From Catajapyx aquilonaris (Eukaryota), in NCBI GenBank assembly GCA_000934665.2, contig KZ538365.1:57679-77678 (forward strand): a DNA stretch of 20,000 nt, read 5' to 3'. Below the pieces are notes generated by a model, which saw only the letters and a program-made list of their open reading frames with translations, was not told the DNA's origin and ran no database searches. Below are positions 1-11,929 of the stretch, in pieces. The position numbers were made by a program, and so were the translations under genes. Every line of letters begins with the position of its first letter. Position 1 is the first letter of the stretch.

Positions 1-1
1 C

Positions 2-2089
2 ATGAAAGACTTGCGTCTGCAAGCCAAAGCCGTTGAACAAGTAAACCAAGAGGGAGGGCAAAAGCTGCAAGCTACTCAAGAAAAATGGGAAGAATTTACG
101 GAAGGCCTACAAACCGTCAGTCAGCTGATCCAAGAAGTTCAGCTGCAGCTCAAGCAAGTTATCGAGTCAGAGCAACCGATGGAGAGCAAAGTGGAAGAAC
201 TGGACTTAATTGAAATTGCCAACAAGAGCCACACCACCAAGCTCATCTATTTAATCGCCACTGGGAATCATTTGCTGCGAGATCTTCCCAACTACGACAT
301 GCCTCCCATGATATTCGAATTGTATGACACTGTTCGGCACATTGAGAAAACCGTGACATGGGAGCGAGAACGGCTCTTGCAACTCATGTCACTGACCGAG
401 GAATATGAGCAGACTCTAGAAGAATTTGCGCAAATCATCGAGGTAGCAGACGCCCTGGTGGAGAGCCCCATCATTGCCTTGCATCTGAATCACCTTCAGG
501 AAGAACTGCAAAAGCACCGCAGGTTCTTTGCCAATCTCAGCCACTGCCAACAAGTTTTGGAATCTCTGGAGGCCAACCTGGATCCAGCCACTCGTGCCTC
601 CCATCACGAGATGCACTCGAGATTGCATCATCAAGCTTCAGTAATCCTGGACAAGGCCGCCCAAAGAGCACAGCAGATGGCCATGGCTGCCTCGAGATGG
701 ACGGTGCTGGAGAGAGGAATGCAAGAAGAGAGTGGTTGGCTTCAACTTACACAGCAAAGAGTGCCGGGCCTGGAGTCAGTATCTTGTGCCGATTACGAGC
801 AATGCTTTGCATTATTCCAGAGCCTGTATTCGGACGTGGTGGTCCACCAAGCGCGTCTGACTCAGCTCAGGAGCATTGCTGAAAATCTTCAAGGCATCCT
901 GACATGTTCGGGCCTAGAGACAAAGTATGACTACCTTGCCGAGACTATTCACAGGCTGCAAGAGGTGGTGACTGCAGGTCTGCAGAGACTAGTCGCCTTC
1001 AGAGAAGCTTGGAATAACTACGAACAACTGACCGACCGCCTGCAGGGCTGGCTGGAAAAATCAGAGAAGAAGCTTGATGCCATCCTGGCGCACAAACTTT
1101 CTGGTCGAAATTTGAAAGAATTTTGGGAGTTAAAAGCACAGTTAGAAGTGCAGCAAGCTGTCAGGAACGAGATTATCGTGTGCTTTGAACAGGCTCTAAG
1201 AGCGTTGCCCATCATTGATGAACCGGCTCAAAGACAGTTTTACAGTCAGCTGGACGACCGATGGACCTCCCTGTCCGCGAGAGTGATGGCAGTTGACGCT
1301 ACCTTGCAGCAGGACGACACAGCTGACGAGATTAACGTCGAGGAAACTCTCCACACCGTGGGTAAGGAGTTGGACGAGATTCAAGAGGTGGTCGAGAGCC
1401 TTACCGTCGTCATCGAGACGGAAGACGACTTGTACGAGTATCTGGAGAAGTTGCAGGTACTCAAAGCCCAAATAGTCAACAAGCTAAACCATTTGAACGT
1501 TCTCAAGAGTCGCAGATTGACAACAAAAGAAGCAGAGACCTTGGGTGGATTGCTCCACACCATCCACACCTTGGATTATCAAATCACCGAAGAACTGGAA
1601 GCAGCTCAGGTTATCCGGGATAAGTTTACCAGTTTTAACAAGATGGCTATCAAAGTCAAACGACTCCAGGACAACCTGAAAGCCAAGGTGGACCAGTGGA
1701 CTACGTTCGTTGAGCTGTCTCACGATATACTCCAGCAGACCATCAAGAACTGCGACGGCATCGACGAAGAAGTTGAAACACAAAGGCACGATCTCCGAAG
1801 ACTCTCGGGAGTGTTGGTTGGCTTTCCTTCAACGGAGCACTTGTCCATCAGCACTGCCAAATTGGAGAGCGAAGTAGCCGAATTAGAAGCCAACCTTCAG
1901 ACGCTGACCACCCGGGTCAAGGAGCTGCAGAAGAAAGTTCAGGAGCACCTCGGCTTGTGGCAGCAGTACGAACACACCCTAGAGTTGCTAAACCAGTGCG
2001 TCCACGAAACTCAGTACGTCATGGACATCCTGGACGTCAATGGAGTTGTCGACTACGATCGAGTTCAAGCGGCCACCGAGAAGCTAGAG
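2..2089 (+). CDS. Msp300: Nesprin/Msp300-like gene, exon A (5'-truncated large spectrin-repeat exon, 696 codons in window)
   Basis: Long helical E/Q/L-rich ORF with spectrin-repeat Trp spacing (AWNNYEQLTDRLQGWL, LDDRWTSL, LWQQYE). Phase-0 donor GAG|GTATGT at 2090. Open from the window start. Confidence 0.9.
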
Positions 2090-3795
2090 GTATGTATTGG
2101 ATTCATTTCTTGCGTTTTTGTGGGCGTGGCTAATTCATATCAGACCAAATTGGATTTTTATCGTCATATCTACCCCCATGCTAATTGAGGATAGTGTCGC
2201 AGGTTTTAAGTAAGATCCATCCGATTACTGGTTACCGACAAGGATGCCAAATTCTTGCGAACAATATTTCTTAGCTGCATGTTTTTCCTGACTGATCTTG
2301 TGTGCTGTTTTGTTATTGTAACTCGAAGGAATGTCTGACTCTCTGATTTGCTATAGGTCGCGACTCACGAGTTATTCCAATTCAGATCACGCCATCTAAT
2401 ATTGGTTGCACTGGTTTGGTTACAAGCCAAGGACCAGGGTGTAAAAATAGGATGACGACATAGCACACTGGGAATAATATATGCCTGTATTTCTTTCCAT
2501 CGGATGCAGAGGTGACGTATAAGCGCCGAGATGCGTGCTGAAATATCTGGTTCAAAATAGTGGTCCTAGCTGCTTCAGACTGACCCGATGGTGGGGTAAG
2601 AACTATCTGCATAGTGCATCTTTATGGATGTCAATGCGCTCTGTAAATAGGTTAGTGAATCAGGACGGGGAGATTATGCCTTGCGGTAAGATGTAAGAGG
2701 GCATCTTGTGATAACTCCGAACTTGGCCTCTGCCCCCACCCCTTTCTGTATCGGAAAATGCGGAAATAAGTGATACACTGAGATATACAAAGCTCCAGTG
2801 TTGGTAATATGTATACCGCCAGTGTCAGGAGCGCCTAGGACCACGTGACTAATCCGAACCGGAGATAAAATAAGGAAAAGTTCCGTTCTCGGGAATTTTG
2901 TCGCCTATTTTCTGGAAGAGAGCCAAGGTGATGACGAAGACATGCCATGACTTTTTTTTTTAAACGCTGGTGGCATTTAGGATTTACGACCGTGTTTATG
3001 TCATTCACGTGTATTACCAGTGCGTGATGTCATACCTTTCGCGCCCAGGGTGCGTGAATATTTGTGGCGGAAGATGTGAGTGGAATGGACGAATTCCTTG
3101 AGCTGCATAACTGCGTGCCGTGATATTTACACGAGTCGTTGGCCCTTCGTGCAGAAAACTATTGAATGAATGACCGTGACGTATTTGGGGTATAGCGAAA
3201 AAGTCACGGCTTTGGCTGCCGGGATGCCAAGGACGGTGAAGAGTTGTGTGGGTCGTTAAAGAGACGTGTTGATTACATGCTTGCTGCTGTGATTGAAAAG
3301 GTCATTCCCCAATTATAACTGATCCCGAGCTTTCGTGTGCCGGCCGACATGGAGAGTAGAGTCTGACGGGATGCTCCGAAGGAATTTTTGAGAGAAAGTT
3401 TTGTAGGGCAAAAGTCAGCGAAACACAGCAGATTGTTTGTGCATATTTCGGTTCCAAGTTAGTCACTAGACTGCTATTGTTAGTTCAGCAACGTTCCATA
3501 CAATCTTATCGATTCGTAGAAAAACCACTTGGAAGGCCAGTCCGTCTCATCCACTCCAGATAATGAATCTATCCCACTGATGTTTCTAGTGTCTACAGTA
3601 ATTAGTTTCGCAGTCCTCGACACTGCATTATCAGCTAGAGTAATTGCTTCCAAATGGGTCGGGCAGCCCCCCGCGTTGTACCGGCCTTATTGGATCCTGT
3701 TCTGGCGCGTGCCAGGGGCCAATTAACACCGCCAGCCCATTTGATCGGCCAAGAGACACGTGGAAGCTGCCTCTGATAACGATTGTTTCCAATAG

Positions 3796-4089
3796 GAACT
3801 TGGTGGCAAGTTGAAGGAGCGTGAACGACTAGTGGACGAGCTTCGCAACTCGGCGTCCACCTTGACTGCCCAGTGTGCTCCCGAGGTACGTGAGGAAGTG
3901 GAGGCTGCCGTTGGATCAGCTGCTCGGGCTTGGCATGCCACGTGCGATACTCTCAACTCCTTGCGGGACAAGTACCGGAAGGCTCTGGGACTTTGGGACA
4001 CCTTCAGAGACGACTGCCAGGGTGTTCGGGCTTGGACTGAGGAGAAGATTGAGGCCGTTGCTCACATGTCATGCCCTGGAGATATCAAG
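3796..4089 (+). CDS. Msp300: Nesprin/Msp300-like exon B (ELGGKLKERERL...PGDIK)
   Basis: Acceptor tttccaatAG ending 3795; donor AAG|GTAGGA at 4090; phase 0/0; spectrin pattern AWHATCDTL...LWDTFRDDCQGVRAW. Confidence 0.88.
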
Positions 4090-7010
4090 GTAGGATAAGT
4101 TTGGATTGCTCTTTCCGTGGCTTCTTAGGGTTGATTAGACAGTCTGACCTGCGATGCACTCGTGTGCCATTTGAAAATAATGTTGCTCAAGTGGTTGCAT
4201 CAGCATTCGGCAAAATTTCATGCAGCATACGGATGGTTCACCGGAGAAAAAAAAACTTGAAATTAGGCAAAATTCGTAAGAGATTGCGCACTTCCTGCTT
4301 TACTGAAATGTCAAGTTCATTTCCCTGGATTATGACTGCGCTGATAAGACAAGTTGCACAAAAGAAGACCGACTCATACCTTCACACCCATAGAGGAATC
4401 ACCCTAGACTGACTTTCGTCTTGCATGTTGTTCATCCAGGCCCTGTAGTGTACGCAGGGCACTTTTTATTACACTTTCAATTCTGCCGTAGCTATACAGT
4501 TACTAGAGAATGCGGAATTTACGATCTTTGTCTTTTGCCATTCGTTTTGTTACGGCAAAGCACCAACCAACGCGCGATAAGGCAGTGTTTGCAACATAGG
4601 TCGTAGATTTCAAGGTGAAGACCGTATCAGCTTCTTGCATCGTTAGGTTGGAAGGGGGAAAAAATTAAGCCCCCAAGAAATGTGTAAGAAATTTCCGGAC
4701 GTAAAAGAAGTACACAAGGGCGGAGTCTAGGCGGGAATTACATCAACACCATTAGTGTAGCGTTGCCCCCGGCGAAATCATATGAACGAGGCTGAATTGT
4801 TCTTATAAGCCGAACAAGTCCACTTACTAATAAGCTGAAAACTTCAAAAATGGAGTTAGTATCGAGTGATATATACTTGTTTGTAAGCATGATATAGATG
4901 ACTTGAGAAACTACAACTAATAGGTTATAAAGAGGAAAGGTCGCACGCAACTGTCGACTACGATCGGAATATTGGCATATCAGAGAACTGACCCCCCTTA
5001 CCCACAGGTCCTTCTGTGTATAAATTTAAATATTAACGGTGTAGGGGGAATATAGAAGGCGACCTTCGACAGAGGTTAGGTCATCGAGCAAGTCAAGAAG
5101 GAACTGCGACTCGAGACCGAGTTGTTCCGCACTAAATATAGAGGTGATGTCGGTAGCTGCATGTTTTGCCTCCTTCACCTGTTTGCATAATGTTGGTTGC
5201 AGCCGCAGGACAAGGAGGTGTCTGTGACTACCGGAGTACTTTGCAACGTTTTTTTTTTTTTTCACGATGACTTTCAAATCGGTAAACCGCATATTTAAAG
5301 AGCGGGGGTAACCTGCTGATTACCTGGGCGCAGGCGCAGGCAGGTACTGTACAGTACATTACCGGCAAGTTGCGTAACACGTGTATTCCCATCTGGGCTG
5401 CGGCAGGAAACGAGCTATAGAATTGTGCGGAGCATATCTGCAGTTGCCAGCTGTACTGCCTCGATAGAGGATCCCTTACTTGGATATGCGAACTGTGTCT
5501 GAATGGATGTAGTGCAAAGTGTTCGTTTCAATATGGGTGCTGTGTATCGGGACACTCAGGAAAAACGGCAGAAATCGGTGAGACTTTTTTTCAAAGGCAT
5601 GTTTTGTAACTGCTGCGTGAAGTGAATATTTAAGCGTGTGTACTGGTGTCGCAATCTCAAAGTGGCGTAAGTTGTGTGGTAGGCGTATAAGGGAAAAAAT
5701 AGTCGTGACGATAACGCTCAACGTTGATACGCGCGCAAATTGTATTTGCTATTAAATTAACCTTAGAGATAGCGTCACCCGTCCGAGTGAACAACATGAT
5801 GTCATGTTTGTTGACAAATAGTGATGTCCTACTCAATGCCGGTATTTAGCCAGTAAAAGTGACGGGTGCTGGGAGTGCATGACCGGAACTTGACATCACA
5901 CTGGTGACTTTTCGGGAACCTTGAGTAATAAGTTATGGCCAAGACGTGACGCGATACAGGTGAAAGGCATGCTTCCGAGACGGTGCTACGGAGGTGAATA
6001 TAATCGAAATGCCAAAAATAGTTCAAGGCGATTAGGTCGAGGAGAACTGCAAGAAATGAGGATATGTCTGTCCCATCCCACTTTCATTCATTCGTTCATT
6101 GATTCATTCAGCCGTGATCTGACAGAATATGATTTCTCACATGCGCGCTACGTGTCACTGTACCATTGCATGCTGGTACCTTGACGCAGCGGGAACCTGA
6201 TAGTATATGTGAATAGGAATAGGCAGGCATGTGTCGACGAATTTATGAGTCAACTCGCAAGCCATTGCATATAGTACTGCACCTGTGGTTCCTTTCGAAG
6301 CTGAGATTTCTAATGGCCATGTTCTGAATACAGGAACGTGACTTTGCTGTGTGACTCAGCAAAAAATTACGGCAATCATTTCAAGCCATGAGTATAGCTT
6401 ACTAATCTGTAAAATTACGCATCGGAACTGTAATGATGGCACAGCCTCATTGCACATAGCTCCTGTGTACAACGTAGTGAGCTAGGAAGACAAAAATTAT
6501 ACTCAGACTACGATTGCTATCTGGCCATGCGTTTCCGTTTAATATATTGCACTTTTCTAGACCTGAGTTTTGTCTAGTTTTCGTAAGCTGTGCTGCTAAC
6601 TGCTGTAGTTTTCTAGATCAGCGTGCTTGCAAATTAAAAAATAGCCCTATATACCCATGTCATAGTGAGAGCAGTATAGGCTACAAATAAGGAATTCTAC
6701 TGTCTACATAATTATCTAGGCGGTTGAAATGCGTGGTTTCTTATGGGGTTCCCCATACCAGTAGTAGAATAATAAAAAGATTATTGCTATACTTATTTCC
6801 ACTGCAGTAATTCGAGATTTTCGGAACGTAGCCAACGAGGCTTTCTTGTGTACCGTATGCCATTACATTTGAATAAGCTGATTAACGAGCTTCTGTTCAG
6901 CTGTGGTGACGCTTAAGCTATAGCCCTCCATTTATACGATCCCGTCGTCAGGTGTACTTGTAATCACAAATATGCCTTTATGAACGTGAACATAATGACG
7001 ACTAATTGTA

Positions 7011-7117
7011 ATCACGTGTGCACGTGATAGAGGCGTTAATTTTTTAGATCAATGCGGTTGTGACCCACCATTTACCTCTGGTCACGCGCGTCTTGTATTG
7101 TAAAGCAAGCCGGAAAT
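7011..7117 (+). promoter_or_regulatory. Putative internal promoter motifs: two CACGTG E-boxes (7013-7018, 7021-7026) and an ETS-like CCGGAAAT (7110-7117)
   Basis: Motifs read directly in CpG-rich DNA 50-150 bp upstream of the candidate alternative ATG. Function is inferred. Confidence 0.3.
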
Positions 7118-7163
7118 GTTTAATATTTAGATTAATCCCCAGTCCCCTTTTTTAAAGAAAAAA

Positions 7164-7235
7164 ATGCTTTTGGGAGCAGGAGAATTGAAATTGTCAGTAA
7201 ACGATGGAACTTATTCAGGAGTCACTCTTTGGCCG
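7164..7235 (+). CDS. Candidate alternative first coding exon (MLLGAGELKLSVNDGTYSGVTLWP); may extend 5' to an acceptor at 7142
   Basis: AAAATG start context, 24 open codons, consensus donor CCG|GTAAGT at 7236 in phase 0, compatible with exon C at 8415. The upstream ccccAG (7141-7142) would give an in-frame 93-nt exon. Confidence 0.55.
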
Positions 7236-8414
7236 GTAAGTGCATTATCAAGTTATTGTAAAACTTAATGTGTTTAAATACCGCAAAGTCGTATTATGAA
7301 CTACCAATACACTATAAAATGAGCCTGTCAATGTCTGTCGTGCCTGCTTTTCTGCGAAATACCCGAATGATATAGGTATAGGTATATTCGAGGACCCAAT
7401 CATTGCAACACTAGATTTATGCAGGGATTACTTCAGAGACCAAGTAATAGCCAGGCAAATTTTGCAGCCATATTTTGAGGACTCGGATAAAAATTATTTA
7501 ACACATACGATAAAAGGTTATAATTAGATCCACTTCAGAGTACAAAATCGATTCATATGACTTGTAACGTGCAATATTCATGTCTTCTCCAATGAAATGA
7601 TAATCAATACAAGTGACTTAATTGGTTAAACCACACTTGTAAAACGAGGAAAAAGTTTCTTTATATGGTTACTATATACAGATTTCATACACAAAAAAAT
7701 CATATTTTCCCCGCGTGACCTCGGAGTAAACCCGGAAAACACGGGGTTTTCCGGGCTATTACAACACTGCGCATTTTCTTATCGCTGCTTACCCTGCGCT
7801 GGGTGATGTTCCCAAATAATACAAAGACGACGAGGCGACGACGCGACGCCCGTCTGAACACCACTTTATGTGAATTCAAGCTGTGTCAGACACAGGACGA
7901 TACCTCATTTTAAAATTTATATACTGCATTATGCTGGGAATCATATGGCAGTAGGGCTAAAATTACGCCACATGATGACCCATAATGAAATGATAATTTT
8001 GTTCCCAGTCCTGGTGGAGGGCTGGAGCAGAAAGCAGGAAGTCGGTAAATTCGACCGATAAAAATTGTCGCAGGAAGTGGCCGGATGAACCCAGCCCAGA
8101 AAGGAAGTATTATTCACGTTGCTTTGAGTTTCGCGGCACCTACTTTTGGTCTCATGGTCCCATGCATTAGTGAGCTGAGTCAATTGTCTCTGAAAGATGC
8201 ATCATCCTTGTGACATCAGGCGGACTGGTTGTCACCTATTATTAGTTCCTCCAGTGCACCCTATTATTCTCTATGTTCTCTTGGTGTTAATCGTCTTGCT
8301 GTGGATAAGCAAGTGGTGGCCGATTCTTTGCGACATGAAGGTCGTGAACCTGGAATGATGGTTTTCTTGATGGGAGGTAATAGTATAATTATTGAACAAT
8401 GTCCTTTTTTTCAG

Positions 8415-8672
8415 GCTGTAGAATCGGGGCTTCTGGAGCAGGAAGGACGGGTTGAACGGCTGGAATCGGTGGCTATCCAGTTGGGCCAGGAGCTGGAGAT
8501 GGGTGAAGAAGCTGTGACGGTCCTGACAGCAGAAACTGATGCTCTCAGGAGACGTTTAGCTGTACTGAAGGACAGTTTGGGCTCGTTGTCAAAGTTGGCT
8601 GGGGAAGAGACAGCAGCTCGATGCAATGGGACTCTCAAGGACACAACGAGTTATCTCCAGAATGTCCAGGAG
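8415..8672 (+). CDS. Msp300: Nesprin/Msp300-like exon C (AVESGLLEQ...LQNVQE)
   Basis: Acceptor tttttttcAG ending 8414; donor GAG|GTGTGT at 8673; phase 0/0. Confidence 0.88.
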
Positions 8673-8987
8673 GTGTGTTAAGATGGCTTGATGATTCCAC
8701 ACTTATATAATAAATTATGCCAAAATATGTACAGAAAAGGTGGGGTGTGTGGGGGAAGGGGGGTGCAGTGCAGGAGGTGCTCACAACTTGTGAGCAATGA
8801 GTTTATTTAATTATTGGAGTGAAGGCACTGTTTGGTTTGATCCAGGCATGAATTCTGGCTCTGTTAGTGCAGAAGCATTGATTGTCATAGCCACTATACC
8901 TTCACGTTGCCCGTATAGGCCACATAAGGCATGACAGAGGATAGAAGTGGATAATAAATATGTAAAATGTAAATGTTTGTATTCCAG

Positions 8988-9173
8988 TCACTGCAAAGCA
9001 GAGAGAAGCCAGTGAATGGGGATGAAGAAACTGAGTTAGGTGCCCTGAGAGACCAACTGCTGGCACTAGGCAAAGCTGAGAACCAAATCCAGGCTGTCAA
9101 AGAACATGGGTCATCAACTTTGGGGCCTCCTTACGCTCCTGTAACCACGTCTGTTGTGTTGCAAGCACTACAG
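8988..9173 (+). CDS. Msp300: Nesprin/Msp300-like exon D (SLQSREKP...VLQALQ)
   Basis: Acceptor tattccAG ending 8987; donor CAG|GTTTGT at 9174; phase 0/0. Confidence 0.85.
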
Positions 9174-9731
9174 GTTTGTTTTTTAAAATGTTCAAAGCCA
9201 AATAATAATGTATCAGCATGATGGGAACAAATAATGAATAGGCCACAGCCAATTCCTTCCTTTCCTACCCTTGTCCCGTCCATGAGGAGGTGCTGTGTCG
9301 GTGAGGAGTTTCTGACCTGCACCTAGGGGGTTGTCTTGTAGCTTGGCCCCCTGGGGGACTGCACACAACCCCCAATTTGAGACATCGCACTTGCACCTGT
9401 ATCCCCCCCCCCCCCCTCACAANAAATCTCTATCCTGACCCCTGCACTGGAGAGAAAAATAATTAGAAAATTTTGTAAGAAGAAAATGGTGGTAATCCAC
9501 CCCCCCTGAAAGGGCTCTGCTACCTCAATGAGGTAAAGCTAAACTAAACTAAACATGATGGGAACAAATGTGTCTGCTTCTATAGTAAAATTTGATTTTG
9601 CAAACTATTTTAACTCTTTGACACTACAAATAAAGTGCATAAATGGGAGGCATATAACCTCAGCTTTATAATCTCCATAAAAACTATGTGTCTCGAGATG
9701 AATGAAATTGATATACAGTGGAGCATCGATT

Positions 9732-9993
9732 GACTGATGTTGGATGATTGGTGGCGTATGAATCGATGATGGATGACTTGAGGGATGGCTTATGACTGGA
9801 TGACTTGATGGTTGACTGGTGGCTTGTGACTGGATGACTTGATGGTTGACTGGTGGCTTATGACTGGATGACTTGATGATGGATGATTGGTGGCAGCGTC
9901 GTCGTTTTATTTTGTATTATGATTGTTGGTGTTGGGAGTGAGTGGGCTGTTGGTCCTTAACGGGCATGGCCGGTCCTAATAAAATCCTATTAA
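9732..9993 (+). mobile_element. 262-bp insertion inside the MITE left TIR, probably a 5'-truncated non-LTR retroelement 3' end
   Basis: Flanked by a 15-bp direct repeat, AGTGGAGCATCGATT (9717-9731) / AGTGGAGCAGCGATT (9994-10008). AATAAA at 9978-9983 near its 3' end. Confidence 0.55.
9786..9878 (+). repeat. 34-bp minisatellite, about 2.7 copies (TGGCTTRTGACTGGATGACTTGATGGTTGACTGG)
   Basis: Units start at 9786, 9820 and 9854, with degenerate copies on both flanks. Confidence 0.9.
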
Positions 9994-10236
9994 AGTGGAG
10001 CAGCGATTATCCGAACACCGATCAACCGAACCTTCGGTTAACCGAACGTTTTCGGGTCGGCAAAAAAAAACAAAAAACGAAAAAAACACACCATGTGATT
10101 CCCCTAGTGGTCGCTACAGCTGTGGCGCTGCAGATTAGCCGCCAAAAAAACGAGCCTCGGCTCTCAAGCAAAAGAGTTGGCCTTCCCCCCCCCCCCTAAA
10201 CTGTAGGACTACTTCATGTAAGGACAGTAAGGTATA

Positions 10237-10301
10237 TGTACTATATACGCCAAATTGTTTCATACCCCGGGGGTATGAAACAATTTGGCGTATATAGTAC
10301 A
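10237..10301. repeat. Perfect 65-bp palindrome (32-bp arms, 1-nt spacer)
   Basis: TGTACTATATACGCCAAATTGTTTCATACCCC-G-GGGGTATGAAACAATTTGGCGTATATAGTACA. Confidence 0.95.
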
Positions 10302-11101
10302 GTATTTTTAAGACGTGCCTGTGACAGAAAATATACAGGTTTGTGATTAATATCACTGTTTCTTAGTTTCATATTACTCCTGTGACACCGGTACAATTTT
10401 TTTCCGTAAATGATTGGTTATCCGAACAATCAGTTATCCGAACACCCCCTTGGCAGACTCTGTTTGGATAATCGATGCTCCACTGTAATTGCAAAGTAAA
10501 ACTAGCACATGTTTCAGCACAACTTACATATTGTTCACACATTGTAGATGGCCTTGCTAAAGCCAAACTCAATATTGTACTTCTACAATATCAGAGTTCA
10601 CTTAATTCCCATTGTAAACTCATTTTGCACAGAATTATGTGAAGTGCTTTTCACTGTATAAGGAGTTAATTCACGTGGGGTCTGGGTGATCCAGATATCC
10701 CACAGATGTTTTAGGGAGGCCTATCCCCACCAACTGTCCATGGAAAGCGTATTTTACTTTGGAGCTAATATTTTGTGCAACAAAATTGCTTTGCTTTATA
10801 GACTGAGTCAGAAGACAACCCAACCTATCCCACATGAGACATGACACACTTGGATGACAGCTATCCATCCTGGTGGTTTAATTTATGACCCTGGCACCTT
10901 ATGGAGGCCATGTAACACCTGGTTTAACCTAACTTCTTCATGGCGATCTCTTTAACTTGAATAAGATCTTGCCAATCAATCTAGGAAAGCCCACTACTGA
11001 TGATACTCCTCCATATACGAGCTCGTAGCTTTAATTTCATCACTAGTACTAACAATTCATTCAAGCCCTGCATTGTGTAAAAAATTATTTTCCTGTTTCA
11101 G

Positions 11102-11929
11102 TTGTGGCAGCAGGTTTTCCAGGAGACTTTTAGCCAGTATCAGCGTCTGTCCCGCCTTCTAGTATGTCGCCATGACACCAATTCCCTTCTGGGTATGTGG
11201 GAGTCCTACTTGAACCATGTCAAGCAGTTTCTCTCTGCTGCTCTTCCTGGGTCATATGATGCCCTGAGTGAGGAGCAACGCCTTTGCGAGATCCACAGGA
11301 ACCTGGTCAGCTGCCAGCAGAATGTGATTCAGACTAGGCAGGATGAGCTGCAGTCTTCTGAGCTGCCTGAGGTTTCTGTTGGCGAGGCTGCAAGCTTGTC
11401 AGCTTTACAGGAGCTTCATTCAGACACTTTGAGCCAACTTGGTTGCCGCCACTCACAGATAGGTGAGAGGCTGGAGAAATGGGATCGGTATAAGCGGGAC
11501 CAAGACAAGCTCTTGGCATGGCTGAGGGAACTGGAGAGGGAGAAGCAGAAGCTGGAACTTCCATACTTGAGAATAAGAAGAGCCCCCAAGGTCCTTCACC
11601 GGATACAGGTTTTGCATGACAAGATACCAGTTGGAGAGTCATTAGTGTCTGGATTGCTGCACCAGCAGGCCACACTCTTACTTTACTGCAATGAAAGTGT
11701 GGCGTCTTCTATGCGAATGGAGGCAGGTGCACTGAGGCAGAGAGTGGCAAACCTGAGAGCTGGCCTGGAAACTTGGCGGGACTTTATGATGCGAGTGCAA
11801 GACCTGTATAAATCATATGAAGAGCGAAGAGGGAGAATACAGACAACTTTGCACACAGTGCAAGCTTGCTTGGCTGGCGAGGTTCCAACTAAACTTGAAC
11901 ACTGTCAGAGGAGATTGGATGATCTGAAG
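11102..11929 (+). CDS. Msp300: Nesprin/Msp300-like exon E (LWQQVFQETF...RLDDLK)
   Basis: Acceptor tgtttcAG ending 11101; donor AAG|GTAAGA at 11930; spectrin repeats (KWDRYKRDQDKLLAWL). Confidence 0.92.

Larger units (their letters stand above)
9716..10485. mobile_element. Non-autonomous pogo/Tigger-like (Tc1/mariner superfamily) MITE with nested insertions
   Basis: TA|CAGTGGAGCATCGATT at 9716 and GTTTGGATAATCGATGCTCCACTG|TA ending 10485; subterminal ATCCGAAC/AACCGAAC repeats at both ends; no transposase ORF. Confidence 0.85.

Noticed and set aside
2..4. ATG at position 2 as the gene start
   Set aside because: The frame is open to the window edge and begins mid spectrin rod; it is an internal Met.
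2090..2188. ORF-track tails beyond splice donors (also 11930-11983, 12997-13047, 13548-13646, 18916-18960)
   Set aside because: These are intronic read-through after consensus GT donors; composition changes abruptly.
4988..5030. Strong-looking acceptor (CTGAC...cccacAG) followed by TATAAA
   Set aside because: The phase-0 frame hits a stop within a few codons and there is no convincing partner donor, so no exon or promoter can be supported.
7204..7235. Alternative ATG giving MELIQESLFG(R) using the same donor
   Set aside because: It leaves the donor in phase 2, incompatible with phase-0 exon C. The 7164 frame fits.
7731..7769. 10-bp GC stem-loop followed by TATTACAACACTG (hAT-like end or terminator)
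   Set aside because: The eukaryotic intron context excludes a rho-independent terminator, and I found no matching opposite terminus in the same intron.
9320..9450. G/C-run region with poly-C (9403-9416) and an N at 9423
   Set aside because: Probably a decayed repeat with low sequence quality; no boundaries could be defined.
9786..9878. 34-bp repeats as a CRISPR array
   Set aside because: The repeats are head-to-tail with no unique spacers and no cas genes; this is a minisatellite.
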